From Proteromonas lacertae (Eukaryota), in NCBI GenBank assembly GCA_002245135.1, contig NGBS01000292.1, positions 620,001-663,927 on the forward strand: 43,927 nt of DNA, written 5' to 3'. This document shows positions 24,804-37,280 of this stretch, in pieces (within the stretch, counting starts at the first letter, position 1; each line of letters starts with the position of its first letter). A program made the translations under genes and the position numbers. Under the pieces are notes generated by a model that saw nothing but the letters and a program-made list of their open reading frames with translations, was not told the DNA's origin and searched no databases.

Positions 24804-25944
24804 ATGGACCTGTATACAGAAATTGAAAGACAGTTAAAAATAATAGGACAATATACTGTATTTTATTGAAATATATACCATAGTCTTTAACTCCTTCATT
24901 TCTGTCAGAGATTGAAAGATATAAGAAATCACCACAATTTCAATGGGCTATATCTGTATTAGCTTCATGGGATGGTATATGTTTTTATTTAGTGTATATA
25001 GAAACAGATATTTACTATTTAGATGTTATATGTAAAATACCATATATGTTTAGAGGAGAACAATTTTTTAACCATATAAAAATGTCATTACCGTCTGAAT
25101 TTCCACATAAAACTCCTGTTTGTTTTATACTGCCTTCTGAGAGTATAGGTGATTTTAATATTTGATATAATGATAGATAACTCATTTAATACTTCTGCTT
25201 CATATATAAATAATGATTATTCAATCAATTATAATAAAGATCTCAAATCAATTGAAGAAATCTTATTAGATATTCAAACATCATTTAATAGAATATATCC
25301 ATGTTATGGCTCTAGTGATGAAGGTATATTAATATATATATAAAGTAAATAATATTAATAAATAATAGTAAAAAGAAATCGAGAAGAAGTGAAGAGAAAA
25401 GTGTTTGAATCAAGTAATGAAATAGTAAAAAATCATAATTCAAAAATAGAACCATTCATAAATAATGTAGTATATATGATTATAGATATTATTGCATAGA
25501 ATCTATCAATTAAAAAGTTCAATGAATTAAGTAAATATAAGGAAGAAATGTTGAGTAGTATAAAGAATAAAAAAGATTATATAAAAGCTGTTGATGAAAA
25601 AGTATATATATATCAAATTAATTATAAATAGATGAAATTATTTGAATTAATTAATTCATCAAAGAACAGTAGTGGAAGTAATAACAATAGTGTTGAAGAA
25701 GTATATTTATTGTTGGATAGAAAAGACAATGATTTAGTGAAATATCATTCTGAAATAGAAGCGCTTGATGATTTGATAAAAGAATTAAGTTCAGTAGTCT
25801 TGGATAGTAGAATATCAGTATCTCAGTATGTAAAATTCTCAAGAAGATATTCAAGATTGCAATTCTTGCTAATGGTTATTAGAAATGTATATTATTATCT
25901 ATATTTATTGTTAGAGATATATTAAAAATTTAACAGCTAAATAA
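24804..25944 (+). CDS. ESCRT-I subunit TSG101/Vps23-like
   Basis: UEV-like N-terminus (IPYMFRGEQFFNHIKMSLPSEFPHKTPVCFI), coiled coil, and steadiness-box C-terminus (EALDDLIKELSSVVLDSRISVSQYVKFSRRYSRLQFLL). Multiple short introns. Confidence 0.75.
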
Positions 25945-26126
25945 AGAAACGACCCTTATTATTTTTATATTAAAAATCATATGTAAATATTTTCATTATT
26001 TTTGAGCTAAAATTCATGATAATAGAAATAAAATATAAAAATGAAGAATAATCTCGTCAAAATAATTTATATAGAGTTTCTATACACATCAGAATCATCT
26101 CTTAATTATTTTTGTTTTTCTGTTTA

Positions 26127-27861
26127 ATGGAGAAGTGGCTTATAATATCGCTTGCACTTGTTTATTTAACTTCCTTTATCGATGCGTTTGGTATGTCCAT
26201 GATTATCCCAATCTTACCGAAGTACACAGACCATTTTGGATCAACAACAACCGAATATGGCATCTGTTTTGCTTCATACGCTATCGCTCAGTTTTTTAGT
26301 TTAATTATTATGGGTAAATTAAGTGATAGATGTGGAAGAAAGATTATGTTGCTTGCATCTCTGTTTGGATCATGTACAGGACCATTCCTACAAGCATTGT
26401 GCAATGGTACATGGACATTCACAGCCGCTAGGTTTTATACAGGTTGTTTGGGAGGTAGTATGACAATTTCTTATGCGTATAAGTCATTATATTATATTTA
26501 TTAGTTACATATCAGATTGTATTGATTCTAAGAACAGATCAAAATATCAAAGTCAGGTTTGTGGTGTAGTTTGTGTTGGATATGTCGGTGGACCACTTGT
26601 AGGATCATCCTTAGTGAATGTACACTTGAGATTTCCATTGTATATATCATCTATATAATGTTTTAACTTTTATATAGATGGTTAGCAGGTGGTTTTGCTG
26701 GAGTAGTGTTAATATTGTCAATATTCTTCATGAAAGACTCAAAATTCTTTATTCAAGCAAGAAAAGAAGCTGATGAGAAGATAAGATTAGAAGAATCAAA
26801 CTTAGAATTAGAAACAAAAGAAAAAGAAAAAGAAGATAAAATATTACCAACAGAAGATAAAGAAGAATTAGTGATAAATAAAGATATAACTACAACAACA
26901 GCTAATACGACAACAACAACAACCATCAACTTCTCAAGTAAAAGTGAGTATTACAGAACCATTATATGATACAGGAACTAATGATAATGAACAAGATGAT
27001 ACTGAAGCTAGAATCTCTAGAATATCACATGCAAGTATGGGTGGAACAGCAATTGTCTATGATCATATATCAAGAGAACATAGAAACAGTAAACTAGAAG
27101 AAGAAAAGAATAAAGACGAAGATAAAGAAGGAAAAGTACTGGATCCAGAAGCAGTGAATAAAACTGTTGAGAAACAAAGAGATTATTTAGTTGATAATTT
27201 TTGGATTATTTATATCTTAATGATTTTAGAATGTTTTATTGTTATTGGTAATATGACTGTATTTGATGTGATATTCCCATTGATGGCTATTGAAGTGTAT
27301 GATTTAAGCTCAATCTACTCAGGGTATATACATATTATATATATATATATATATATAATTATAGAATTATATATGCAGTTAGTAGTTTAGAATATGCATT
27401 ATTTCAAGTGTATTTGCTACAGAAAATGAGATCCTGTTTTGATTTAGTTACTATCTATTTCATTGCATTCCCTGTCTCTAGTATTAATATATATTATTAT
27501 TATTATATATATATATATAGTTGCTGGCGATTTAATTATATCATTCACGAACACTTTATGGCTGTTTGTTATTGGAGTATTTTTTCAATGTCTAGGCGGT
27601 GCTATGATTGCATCTCATCATACAATTATCACCTCATTAATTTCATCACCAGAAGCAGGAGGTAAATATATTGGATATCTTATGTCTATTGATGGATTGG
27701 CTAGAATAGTGATTCCATTAATGATGAGTCCTATTTTTAGTAAATATCATGGTATGCCTTTTCAGATTGGTGCTGGTTTGTGTGCTGTGGGAATAGCTCT
27801 TGCTTTTGTAGTTAGATATCAAGCAAAAGATATAAAAATTATTCAGAGAATTAGAAACTGA
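26127..27861 (+). CDS. Major facilitator superfamily transporter (DHA1/TetA-like)
   Basis: FIDAFGMSMIIPILP, motif A GKLSDRCGRK, ARFYTGCLGG, AYISD, GYVGGPLVG; long hydrophilic central loop; four introns. Confidence 0.9.
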
Positions 27862-27972
27862 TGATGTCATGTTAAACTAAATTGTTTCATAAATATTACG
27901 TATCCGTTGTAAATGCTAATTGTTTTTGTGTTTACTATAAAAAGACAAAATATTACAAACATACATCAAACT

Positions 27973-29307
27973 ATGTTCCTTCTTTTATTCATTTTTTCTT
28001 CTGTTCTAGCTTTTTTGATGGCTTGTGCAATTGGTGCACAGGATGTTTCACATTCATTTGCTACATCTGTTGGGTCAAAAGCTTTGACAGGAAGGCAAGT
28101 CATATATTTAGGTTCAATATGTGAATTCAGTGGTTCACTCTTTGGAGGAAGTGTTGCAGGATTATTTTCTAGTGGAATAATAGATACTTCATTGTTGACA
28201 ACACCAGACCAAATTGATCAGTATTTTTTTCTTATATAATTTGATAATAGTTATGCATTTATAATGTTTTGTACAATTGCTGGTGCATTTACTTGGCTTT
28301 GTATTGCAACAAAAATGTCATGGCCAGTATCTAGTACTCATTCATTAGTAGGTTCAATTGTAGGATTAGGTTTAGTATTTGTAGGAAAAAATTCACTTAA
28401 TTACACAACAATATGGCAATTATGTCTTTCCTGGCTAACATCACCACTGTTTGGAGGAATTTTTGCATATTTACTACAGAAAATAATCAATAAGAAGATA
28501 ATGAGTAAACCAAGTCCACATATCGAAGCCACTAAATATATGCACTATTTTACAGGTTTAACCGTTGGTATCTTAGTATGTTTTATAATGATGGATGGTC
28601 CAATGATAATTCGATTGAGTTATTATGTATATATTATTTATATAAATATCTAGATTGCTATTCCATTTAGTATAACAATAGGATATATCGTAAGTCGGTT
28701 ATATTTATATTATCATCCCAAATTGAAGAGTAATGATGATGAAGGAAGTGATATAGAAAGTAACAGTAATAATGAAATAAAAACACGATTAGAAATGACA
28801 GAACAAGCAGAAGGGGGATTTAGACCGCTAATGGTACTAACAGCTTGTGTTGTATCATTTGCACATGGAACAAACGATGTATCAAATGCGATTGGACCTT
28901 TCACTGCTATTTCTGAGATTTATTTCACTCATAATATTACTAGATCACCTTCTCCATTATGGATATTGATGTATGGTGGTACTGGTATTATTGTTGGGTT
29001 GTATTTATTTGGACATAGAGTAATGCACACCATTGGTGATAATATATTTACATTTTCTTATTCTAAAGGATTTTCTTCACAATTAGCAACTGCTATTACT
29101 GTTCTTACTGCTACATTACTAGGAATGAGTGTTGCTACAACTCATTGTTTAATTGGATCTATTACTGGTATGGCTGTTGTGGAAGGAATAAATAAGATGA
29201 ATTTTGCGACTGTTAAAACAATTATTGTAGGTTGGATTGTCACAATGCCTGCTTCTGCGATTTTTTCAATCATTTATTACACAATTTTATCTTATATAGC
29301 TGGTTAA
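27973..29307 (+). CDS. PiT/PHO4-family inorganic phosphate transporter
   Basis: GAQDVSHSFATSVGS, WPVSSTHSLVGSIVG, FAHGTNDVSNAIGP, GMSVATTHCLIGS; two introns. Confidence 0.9.
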
Positions 29308-29414
29308 ATATATTTTAATTAATCTATTTGTGTATTTCAGTTGATATTTTGAAAATTAAAAACCGATTTTTCGATATTTTTCTCGAACTCGATAGTTGTT
29401 TTTTCGTGTTTCTA

Positions 29415-30642
29415 ATGAAGTAAGTTATTAATAATCTAGCTTTAATGTTCACGCATAAAGAAAAGGAACTTGTTGATGATATATCCAAAAATTTAAATGA
29501 AATTTATGGTACATTAGATTTTTTCAAAATTCTGTAGATGAAAATCATAGAAACAGTATTATATATTGTGTACTGGAAGAAAATGAATTTAATAAATGTG
29601 AAACTAGTATTATTTAATTATTTGTTATAAAAATAGTTGAATCAATAGAATCTATGAACGTAATGGAGAAAAACTCAGAAATATGATGATATTTTAAAGA
29701 ATGAAACAATAGTAAAAGATTATGGAGAGGTTAAAAAGTATGTGCTGATTAAAGATCATAAATTTGATAAAGATAATCATCCGTTGGTAATAATGAATAC
29801 AGGTAAAACAAATATTCACATACTATTCAAATTATTTAGTTTCGAACAAATATTTCATTATTATTACTAGCGAATTTGAAATTGTAATGAAAAAAGCTAT
29901 ATGAATTAATGAAAGAAAAGCATTTGGATTATTTGAACATGTCTATTCTACTTGATATGGAAGGTATGACATTTAAAACTCATTTTTCTCCTATTGCAAT
30001 GAAGTTTCTACAAGAATTAATTATTCAATATAACAATTACTTCTGTGGTTATGTAAATAGAATATATATTGTTAATACAGGTAAGTGTTTTGAATATATA
30101 TGGAAAATAATATCAAATATGATTAGTAATATAAATAAAAAGAAAATTATTATTATCAAAGATAAGTACATATATGATAATATTATTTTTAATTAATAAT
30201 AAATAGTAAAGATTTATTGAATTATTTTAGTGATGATGATTTGCCTATGAAATATGGTGGTAAATGCAGTTGTAAAGATGGTTGTATTCCAATGCCTATC
30301 TCTATTGATAAAATATTAAATTATGATACTTATCATATCACATTAAAACCAGGTGAAGTGAAAGAAATATCAATAAATGTAAAAAAGGATGAATGTCTTA
30401 AATATAGAGTAGTGGTTGAGAATTATGATGTACAGTTTAGTATAGTAAAGAAATGTGAAAATGGAAAAGAGAAAGAGTTGATTGAAATTACAAGGATTAA
30501 GAGTGAAACACAACCATTTGAAGGAAGTGTTGTTGTTGATGATGATTGTGAATGTATTAGTGTTATTGATAATAGTTACTCTTTGTGGAATAGCAAATCT
30601 ATCTATTTCAACTATTATGTTGATTGTGCCAAAGATAATTAA
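29415..30642 (+). CDS. Sec14/CRAL-TRIO + GOLD domain lipid-binding protein (5' part frameshifted, start uncertain)
   Basis: DKDNHPLVI, ILLDMEGMTF, RIYIVN, DDLPMKYGGKC and GOLD-like end (IDNSYSLWNSKSIYF). Frame breaks at about 29660, 29866 and 29895. Confidence 0.8.
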
Positions 30643-30810
30643 ATCATTATTCATGTATTTTTATTTTTTATATCGTTTTTATTCTGTTTAAATGACAATA
30701 CCCTTTATATATACTCTCCTAATAACAAAATCTTTAAATTATTATTTTGCTCAAACCAAACAGGCTTGAGTTTCTAAATTCTAAAGATATTTATTGATTT
30801 TTAGCTCAAA

Positions 30811-32866
30811 ATGATGAACTTATTTTCGAAAGCTAGCCAGCAAGCTCAAGCTGGAGTTAAGGCTGGTGCATCAAAAATGGCTGGAATAGGTAATAAAGTC
30901 ATGAATACAAATGCTCCAAATCCTCCACCTAAACCAAAGGCTTCAACCAGAAAGAAGGGAGAAGTAACAGAATTGTTAGAAGTATGATTTAATCATTCTA
31001 TAGTCAATAGCAATTAAATAAATTAGATAATCAAAGAAACCCACCAAAAATGAGAAGTTTATTACGTAAAGTTATTCAAATTATGACAATGGGATTTGAT
31101 GTTTCCTCACTATTTACTTCTGTTGTCAATGTATCTCTACATCATTCATTTATTTTCTAATAAATATAGGCTGCTGTTAGTAAAGATATGATTATTAAAA
31201 AGACATGTTATTTATACTTGGCTGCAACTGCAAGACAAAATGAAGAATTATCAGTGTTAGCTATAAACACTTTCTTGAAAGATATGTATTTTTTATATAT
31301 ATAATACTTTATAGTAATGATGAAGATCCAAAAATCAGAGGTTTAGCTTTACGTACTTTAACAAGTCTTCGTGTTCCAACCGTTATAGAATATATGATGC
31401 AACCATTAACAAAATGTTTAACTGACCAATCATCATACGTCAGAAAGGCAGCTGTATTAGGTTTATTGAAATGTTTCCATATTGATCAAAATGTGGTGTT
31501 AGAATCAGGTTTGTTAGAGACAGTACCTGATTTCTTAATAGACGATTATCCAGAAGTGGTAGTAAATGCCATTCACGTGATTAGGGAGTTAAACATCGAA
31601 TTTGATATTACCAGTGAAATTATCCACCCATTACTTAACCGTTTAGGTGAGTTTAACGAATGGGGTTTATGTGCAGTATTATCATTATTATATTTATACA
31701 CACCGGCAGATCAAGATGAAACATTTACAATTATGAATCTATTAGAACCTGTATTTAGACAGCATAATACAGCTGTTATACTAGGAACAGTAAAATGTTA
31801 TTTAAAATTCACAAGAGATATCCCTGAGATCTTACCACAAGTATATTTAGTGATTAAAGAGCCAATGTTAACATTAATGAATAATCCAAGTTATGAAATT
31901 GCTTATTCTGTATTAAGTCATTTGAAATGGATGTTAAGAAGAGATTCTTCTACTTTCCAGGAAGATTATAAACAGTTTTATATAAGATATAATGAACCAA
32001 GTACAATCCAACAGAAGAAAATTGAAATTTTACCTTTATTAATGAATGATTCGAATGAGTCTGATATATTATTAGAATTATCTGAATATATTGTTGGTAC
32101 TCCAGAGAATGTCAGTAGAGCAGCCATTAAATCAATTTCTTTAATGGGCTTATCTAACGAAGAAATGTCTGATATTGTTATTGAAGCTTTAATGGATTAT
32201 TTATCATTAGATGTTGATTATATTAGAAGTGAAATTATTTGTTGTTTCCAGGATTTAGTTCGTAAATATCCACAACAAGCTCCAATTATTATTCCAACTT
32301 TACCAAATTATTTGAGAAAATTAGAAGATGAAAATGGTAAATCAGCTTGTATATGGTTGTTTGGTGAATATCCTAAATTAGCCTTTGAAGCACCTTATAT
32401 TATTGAAGGAATTATAGATAACTATGATTCAATTAAAAGCATATCATTAAAACAAGAGTTATTAACTTCCACTATTAAATTATTCTTTGAAAGAGCTCCT
32501 GAAGTTCATAAAATGTTGATTCGATTGTTTAAATCTGTTTTTAGTGATAATAGTGATCCAAATTTCCATGATAGAGCAAGAGTTTATTATAAATTATTAG
32601 AAAAAGATGTTCAGAATGCCAAGAAGATTATATTCTATGATCCAAATAAGAAATCATTTAATGAACGAGATACTGAATTAGAAGAATCACTATTTGATGA
32701 ATTTGATACATTATCTATTATATATAATAAACATTCGCATAACTTCGTTACAAGTGATGAAGAATTTGAAGTTCCTGAAGTTGCATTTGAGGCTGAAGAA
32801 GAAGCTAATGACGATGATGGAACTAATATTAGATCTGAATCTGTTGCTGATGAAGACTTTATGTAA
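30811..32866 (+). CDS. Adaptor complex beta subunit, most like AP-4 beta
   Basis: KKGEVTEL, MTMGFDVSSLF, DEDPKIRGLALRTLTSL, LLNRLGEFNEWG, YKQFYIRYNEP, APYIIE, HDRARVYYKLL; three 5' introns. Confidence 0.85.
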
Positions 32867-32968
32867 AAGAAATAAAATTATCCCTACGAAAAGATAATTA
32901 TAAAATATATTAATATATTATTATGTTTTTTTATTCTCATAAATATTTATATTGTTAAAAAGAAAAAA

Positions 32969-34755
32969 TTAAATTTCTAAACCTCTCATAAATATTTGTA
33001 TTTGAAATTGATTTGATTCTTCCATATTTGTAATACAAAGATTTTCAATGTGAAATGGAACATCTAACAATTGAGTTTTATATTCAAGTGTATATTGCGT
33101 TACAAATACATTTGTATCAACTTCTAAACAATAATATATCATATCTGCAGTAAGAGGTAGTTGTTCAATATGATAAAGAACTTGATTAACATTTTGTATT
33201 TTAAATACTAAATTAAATGAAATTGTTGGCTTGTTATTCTCATTCATAAATATACTTGAAGGACATAATGCATAACAAGTAATATACTTTATTCTTGATG
33301 GAAATGAGAATCTATATTCATCATCATTATAATCATTAATAATTGAATTACATCTTATATAATCAACTCTTTGGCCATTAATCTGATGTATTAGTTTATT
33401 ACTATTATAATCCTTATTATTCCTCAATATCCAACCGCCATAAAATGGAGCAGATCCTGTACCACATTGATAAGATCTACTTCCATATTCTCCATCATAT
33501 AAACACCAACTTACATTCACTCCATTATTCTCATAATTATCTATTGGATTATCAATATCAGTTAAATCAACTATTGTGTTGAAGATATAAGGAACCCAAG
33601 TATATCCTCTTCCTGTTGAATCTAATTTACCATTCACACTAAATGCAACATTATAAGATGCATGACCTGGTAATGCCGAGTATACTACTGGAATGAGTTT
33701 CATCAATAACTTCTATTTCATTTGGATAATGTATTTCACCAGTTCTATAATCTCCATGAGCTGCATAATATACTCTTTCAATTTCGTATTGATTTGTGTT
33801 TGAATTGTATTCAATATGTATATCAACATGTTCCCAATCTCCTTCATGTCTTCCTGGATGAGCCATTGGAAATTTACCTCTGAATATATCATCATTTAAT
33901 GAATAGAAGAATATATATTGCATTATTATATGTTTTGATGATGTTATTGGTTCTACAAAGTTACAGTAATAGGATGATTTCACCACATTTTCTGTTGGAT
34001 TTGATAATAAATATTCTCCTTTATATATATTATTCAAATCTCTTTCGTGTGGACTTAATAGGAATCGTATTGATATTGGATATTGATCAGTTAAATCTAG
34101 TCTATGTTGATGAGAATAGTAACTTAATAATTTGGTTGTCATTGTTGTATATAAAACAATTTTCTTCGTTTCTTCAGGTAATAAATCAATACTATCTGGT
34201 TGCAATGGCATTGGATTTGGTGCTTCTCTTGGGAATAATGAAATTGGTGGATTAAGTGAAATTGATATTGTTTCTGTTGAAAGATTTGTTACTTCTGCTA
34301 TAAAATCACATTGAGGTAAGTACCATTCTACTGAACATGGGAAATGTGCTTCACTTGGATGTAAATATACGAATGGAGCAAATTTATTGATCAATTCTAT
34401 TCTGTTCATATAATAATGAGGAAAGAAACTGAGTAGTGTTAAACTAATGATAATTGTAGAAAATTTAGTAATTTCACATAGTAATCTTCTATTATTCTCA
34501 TTAATTTCAATTGGAACATTTATTGTCTCACCAACTTTCATTTTCAACATCTGTTCTATCATCTATACATTATATTATAATAATTACAATACATCACTCG
34601 GAAATGCTTGACACACTAATCTCTTTCTATAATATAATATATAGGAACAAATACTCCAGTTGAGAGACTTCGAGTAATTTTGTGGTGTTTTCATCATAGA
34701 TAATACAGGAAAACGTAATATAATCACCAATTTCAGGATATTCTCTTCTATTCAT
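32969..34755 (-). CDS. Vps62-like domain protein with degenerate FKBP-like N-terminus
   Basis: FAPFVYLHPSEAHFPCSVEWYL, HEGDWEHV, YYAAHG and, after a +1 frameshift at ~33693, PVVYSALPGHASY. Spliced N-terminus is MNRREYPEIGDYITFSCIIYD...LKMKVGETINVPI. Confidence 0.7.
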
Positions 34756-34983
34756 ATTTTATTTTAATACAACATAATACACTGTATTATAGTGTATTAT
34801 TAAATAAACACTCTCAAAATGATTACTATTTATAAATAATCTTCATTACAATTATATTAACATATTCTTTATTGCTTTAAGAAATATATTAAACAAAATA
34901 AATAATTCATTAACTAATTAAAACATTTATTTAAATTATTATTGCATTACAAAGCATAAAGGATGTAATAGTTAAATTAATAT

Positions 34984-35735
34984 TCAACACACAAACTTAC
35001 TTTCAAACACACTCTCAATAAACTTATATATTTCTTCATTATCTTTATCTTTATTATAATTTATACTATTAATACAATAATCTTTCCAACAATCAAATTC
35101 TTCATTTATTTCTTTCACTAAATCACTCTTATTCCCTATTACTATCACTGGAATATTCATTAAAGGTCTGTGATTATTATTCCGTTGTTCTTCTTGTTGT
35201 TGTATATGTTTAAATCTAGATCTTACATTCACAGGAATCCAATAATTATCCCATTTTTCTATCACTTTGTTATAGCCTTCACTCTTTCTACTATCTTCTA
35301 TTTCATTTATCCAACCATGCAGATTGTAATACGATTTGGAGTTTGATATATCATACTACAAGTATTAAAGCTATTTATGAAAAATACAAACTTCTATACC
35401 ATCTATCTTTGTATATAGTATTCTTCTACAAAATTGGTAACTAGGATGACCTCCTATATCAATCACTTCTACATAGAATGATTGATTTGCACCATTTAAG
35501 TCATAATTGTGTAACTACACTTTATATTTTTATATATTATACAAACACTAAGGTACTACAACCATTTGTAGGTGTTAATGCATCGTATGATTCATCATGT
35601 GATATTTTCTTACATATTGTACTTTTTCCTACTCCTAGTTTCATTATATTATTCATTTATTATACCAGAATCTCCAGCAATAGCAATTCTGATTGTTTGA
35701 TAATTAAATGATGAAGAATGAGAAAAAAAAGACAT
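34984..35735 (-). CDS. RABL3-like GTPase, right copy (one frameshift at ~35356)
   Basis: Inverted copy of 23813-24568. It lacks both left-copy insertions but has its own extra base in LILVYD. Confidence 0.75.
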
Positions 35736-35804
35736 TAGGTAACGAATATATTTTTTGAATTTTAAAATAAAAACAATAAAACATAATTATTATTATATAA
35801 ATTA

Positions 35805-37192
35805 TCATTGTTGTCTTATCTTCTTACGAGGTTTATTCAATGGAGGTGGTTTTCTCTTCTTCTATAGAAATCATTAAAAAATTAAATAAATATAATATAT
35901 TTATATATATATACAGCTTCTATATTCTGATTTTGATTTTGGGATTCTTCAGCTTGCATCAATGCATTCTCTCTTAATCCAACATGTCTTTGTAATACAA
36001 TCAATTTTATTGTCTTTTGTTTTATTTGATCATACAAATTACAGATTTTATCTGTTGCCATTGTCATCTTTGGAGGTATTCCCAATTCACTCATTATACT
36101 TTGAACTACTTTCAATATACTACTTAATACACCAGATTTACCAGACTAACAATAATATAATCTAACAATAAATACAGTAACTTCAAATCGTTGACTTCTT
36201 AAACTAACTCCAGGTTGTAATTGTTGTTGATTTGGTTGATTCTGTTGTGGATTCTGTTGTTGTTGTTGAGACATAGGTTGATATAATAACAAATTATTTG
36301 GATTTTTGATATATTCATTCAATTCAGAATCAGTTATAAATTCATCAATTATAGAAGATGATTTGATATTCCTATGTCTTTTATTAAATGATTTATTATT
36401 ATTAACATTATTGGATGATGATATAATAGAGTTTGAATTATTTCCTATATCACCATAAACTATCTCTCTTATCAAACATTCGATTATATTTAACTCATTT
36501 TCTAATTTGTGTATTTCTAATTCATCTAATTTGGAGATTTTGAATAGTTTATCATATTCACCATTTCTTTCTTTATCATATTCTTCATCATATTCATAAC
36601 TAACTATAGATTCTTCAAACGGAGTTAAAGTAAAGTTTCTCATCTTTCGATGGGTTAATATTTTCTTACACACACTGTAATATCTATATTTACACTCTTC
36701 TTCTGTTCTATATGGCAATAGAGAGTAGCGATCGCAAATTACTGGCCATCGTAAGTCATATTTATTACATAACTCAAATAAATGATCAGTTTGTTCTTTT
36801 GTCCATCCATCACTTGATATACATTCTTGATATTCATCATCTCCATAATGAATTGCTTCTATGCATTTATTATATTCGGCAAATTGATAATGTGATTGTG
36901 GTCTTGACACTTTTTCCCAATGATGTAATTCTAAGTGATCTTTTCTGGCAATATTACGAAATGAAGTCCACTTCCACTTTTCTACTGGAATATCTTTCAT
37001 TTCTTGTACCAAATTGTTAGACCATCTAGTAGGCATGATTGGAGGTAAAGCTTCTTTATTGGCTTTGAATTGAAACGGTATTTCTCTTGTTTTAGTCTCA
37101 ATTATATTATTATTCTGTTCACATGGTGTCAAATAAAGCTGTGAAGGTTCTGAATAGGGGTTTGAGATGTTCAAAACATCACTTAGCTGCAT
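35805..37192 (-). CDS. SWC4/DMAP1-like paralog B2
   Basis: 348 aa ORF near-identical to 22359-23408, with a few substitutions and one fewer Gln. Confidence 0.85.
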
Positions 37193-37280
37193 TTTTTATT
37201 TTTTAAAATCAAGCTTTTTTATTAAACTCAAACATATTTTCAAACACCAATTTTTAAGAAATCATAGCAATTAATAGAAT

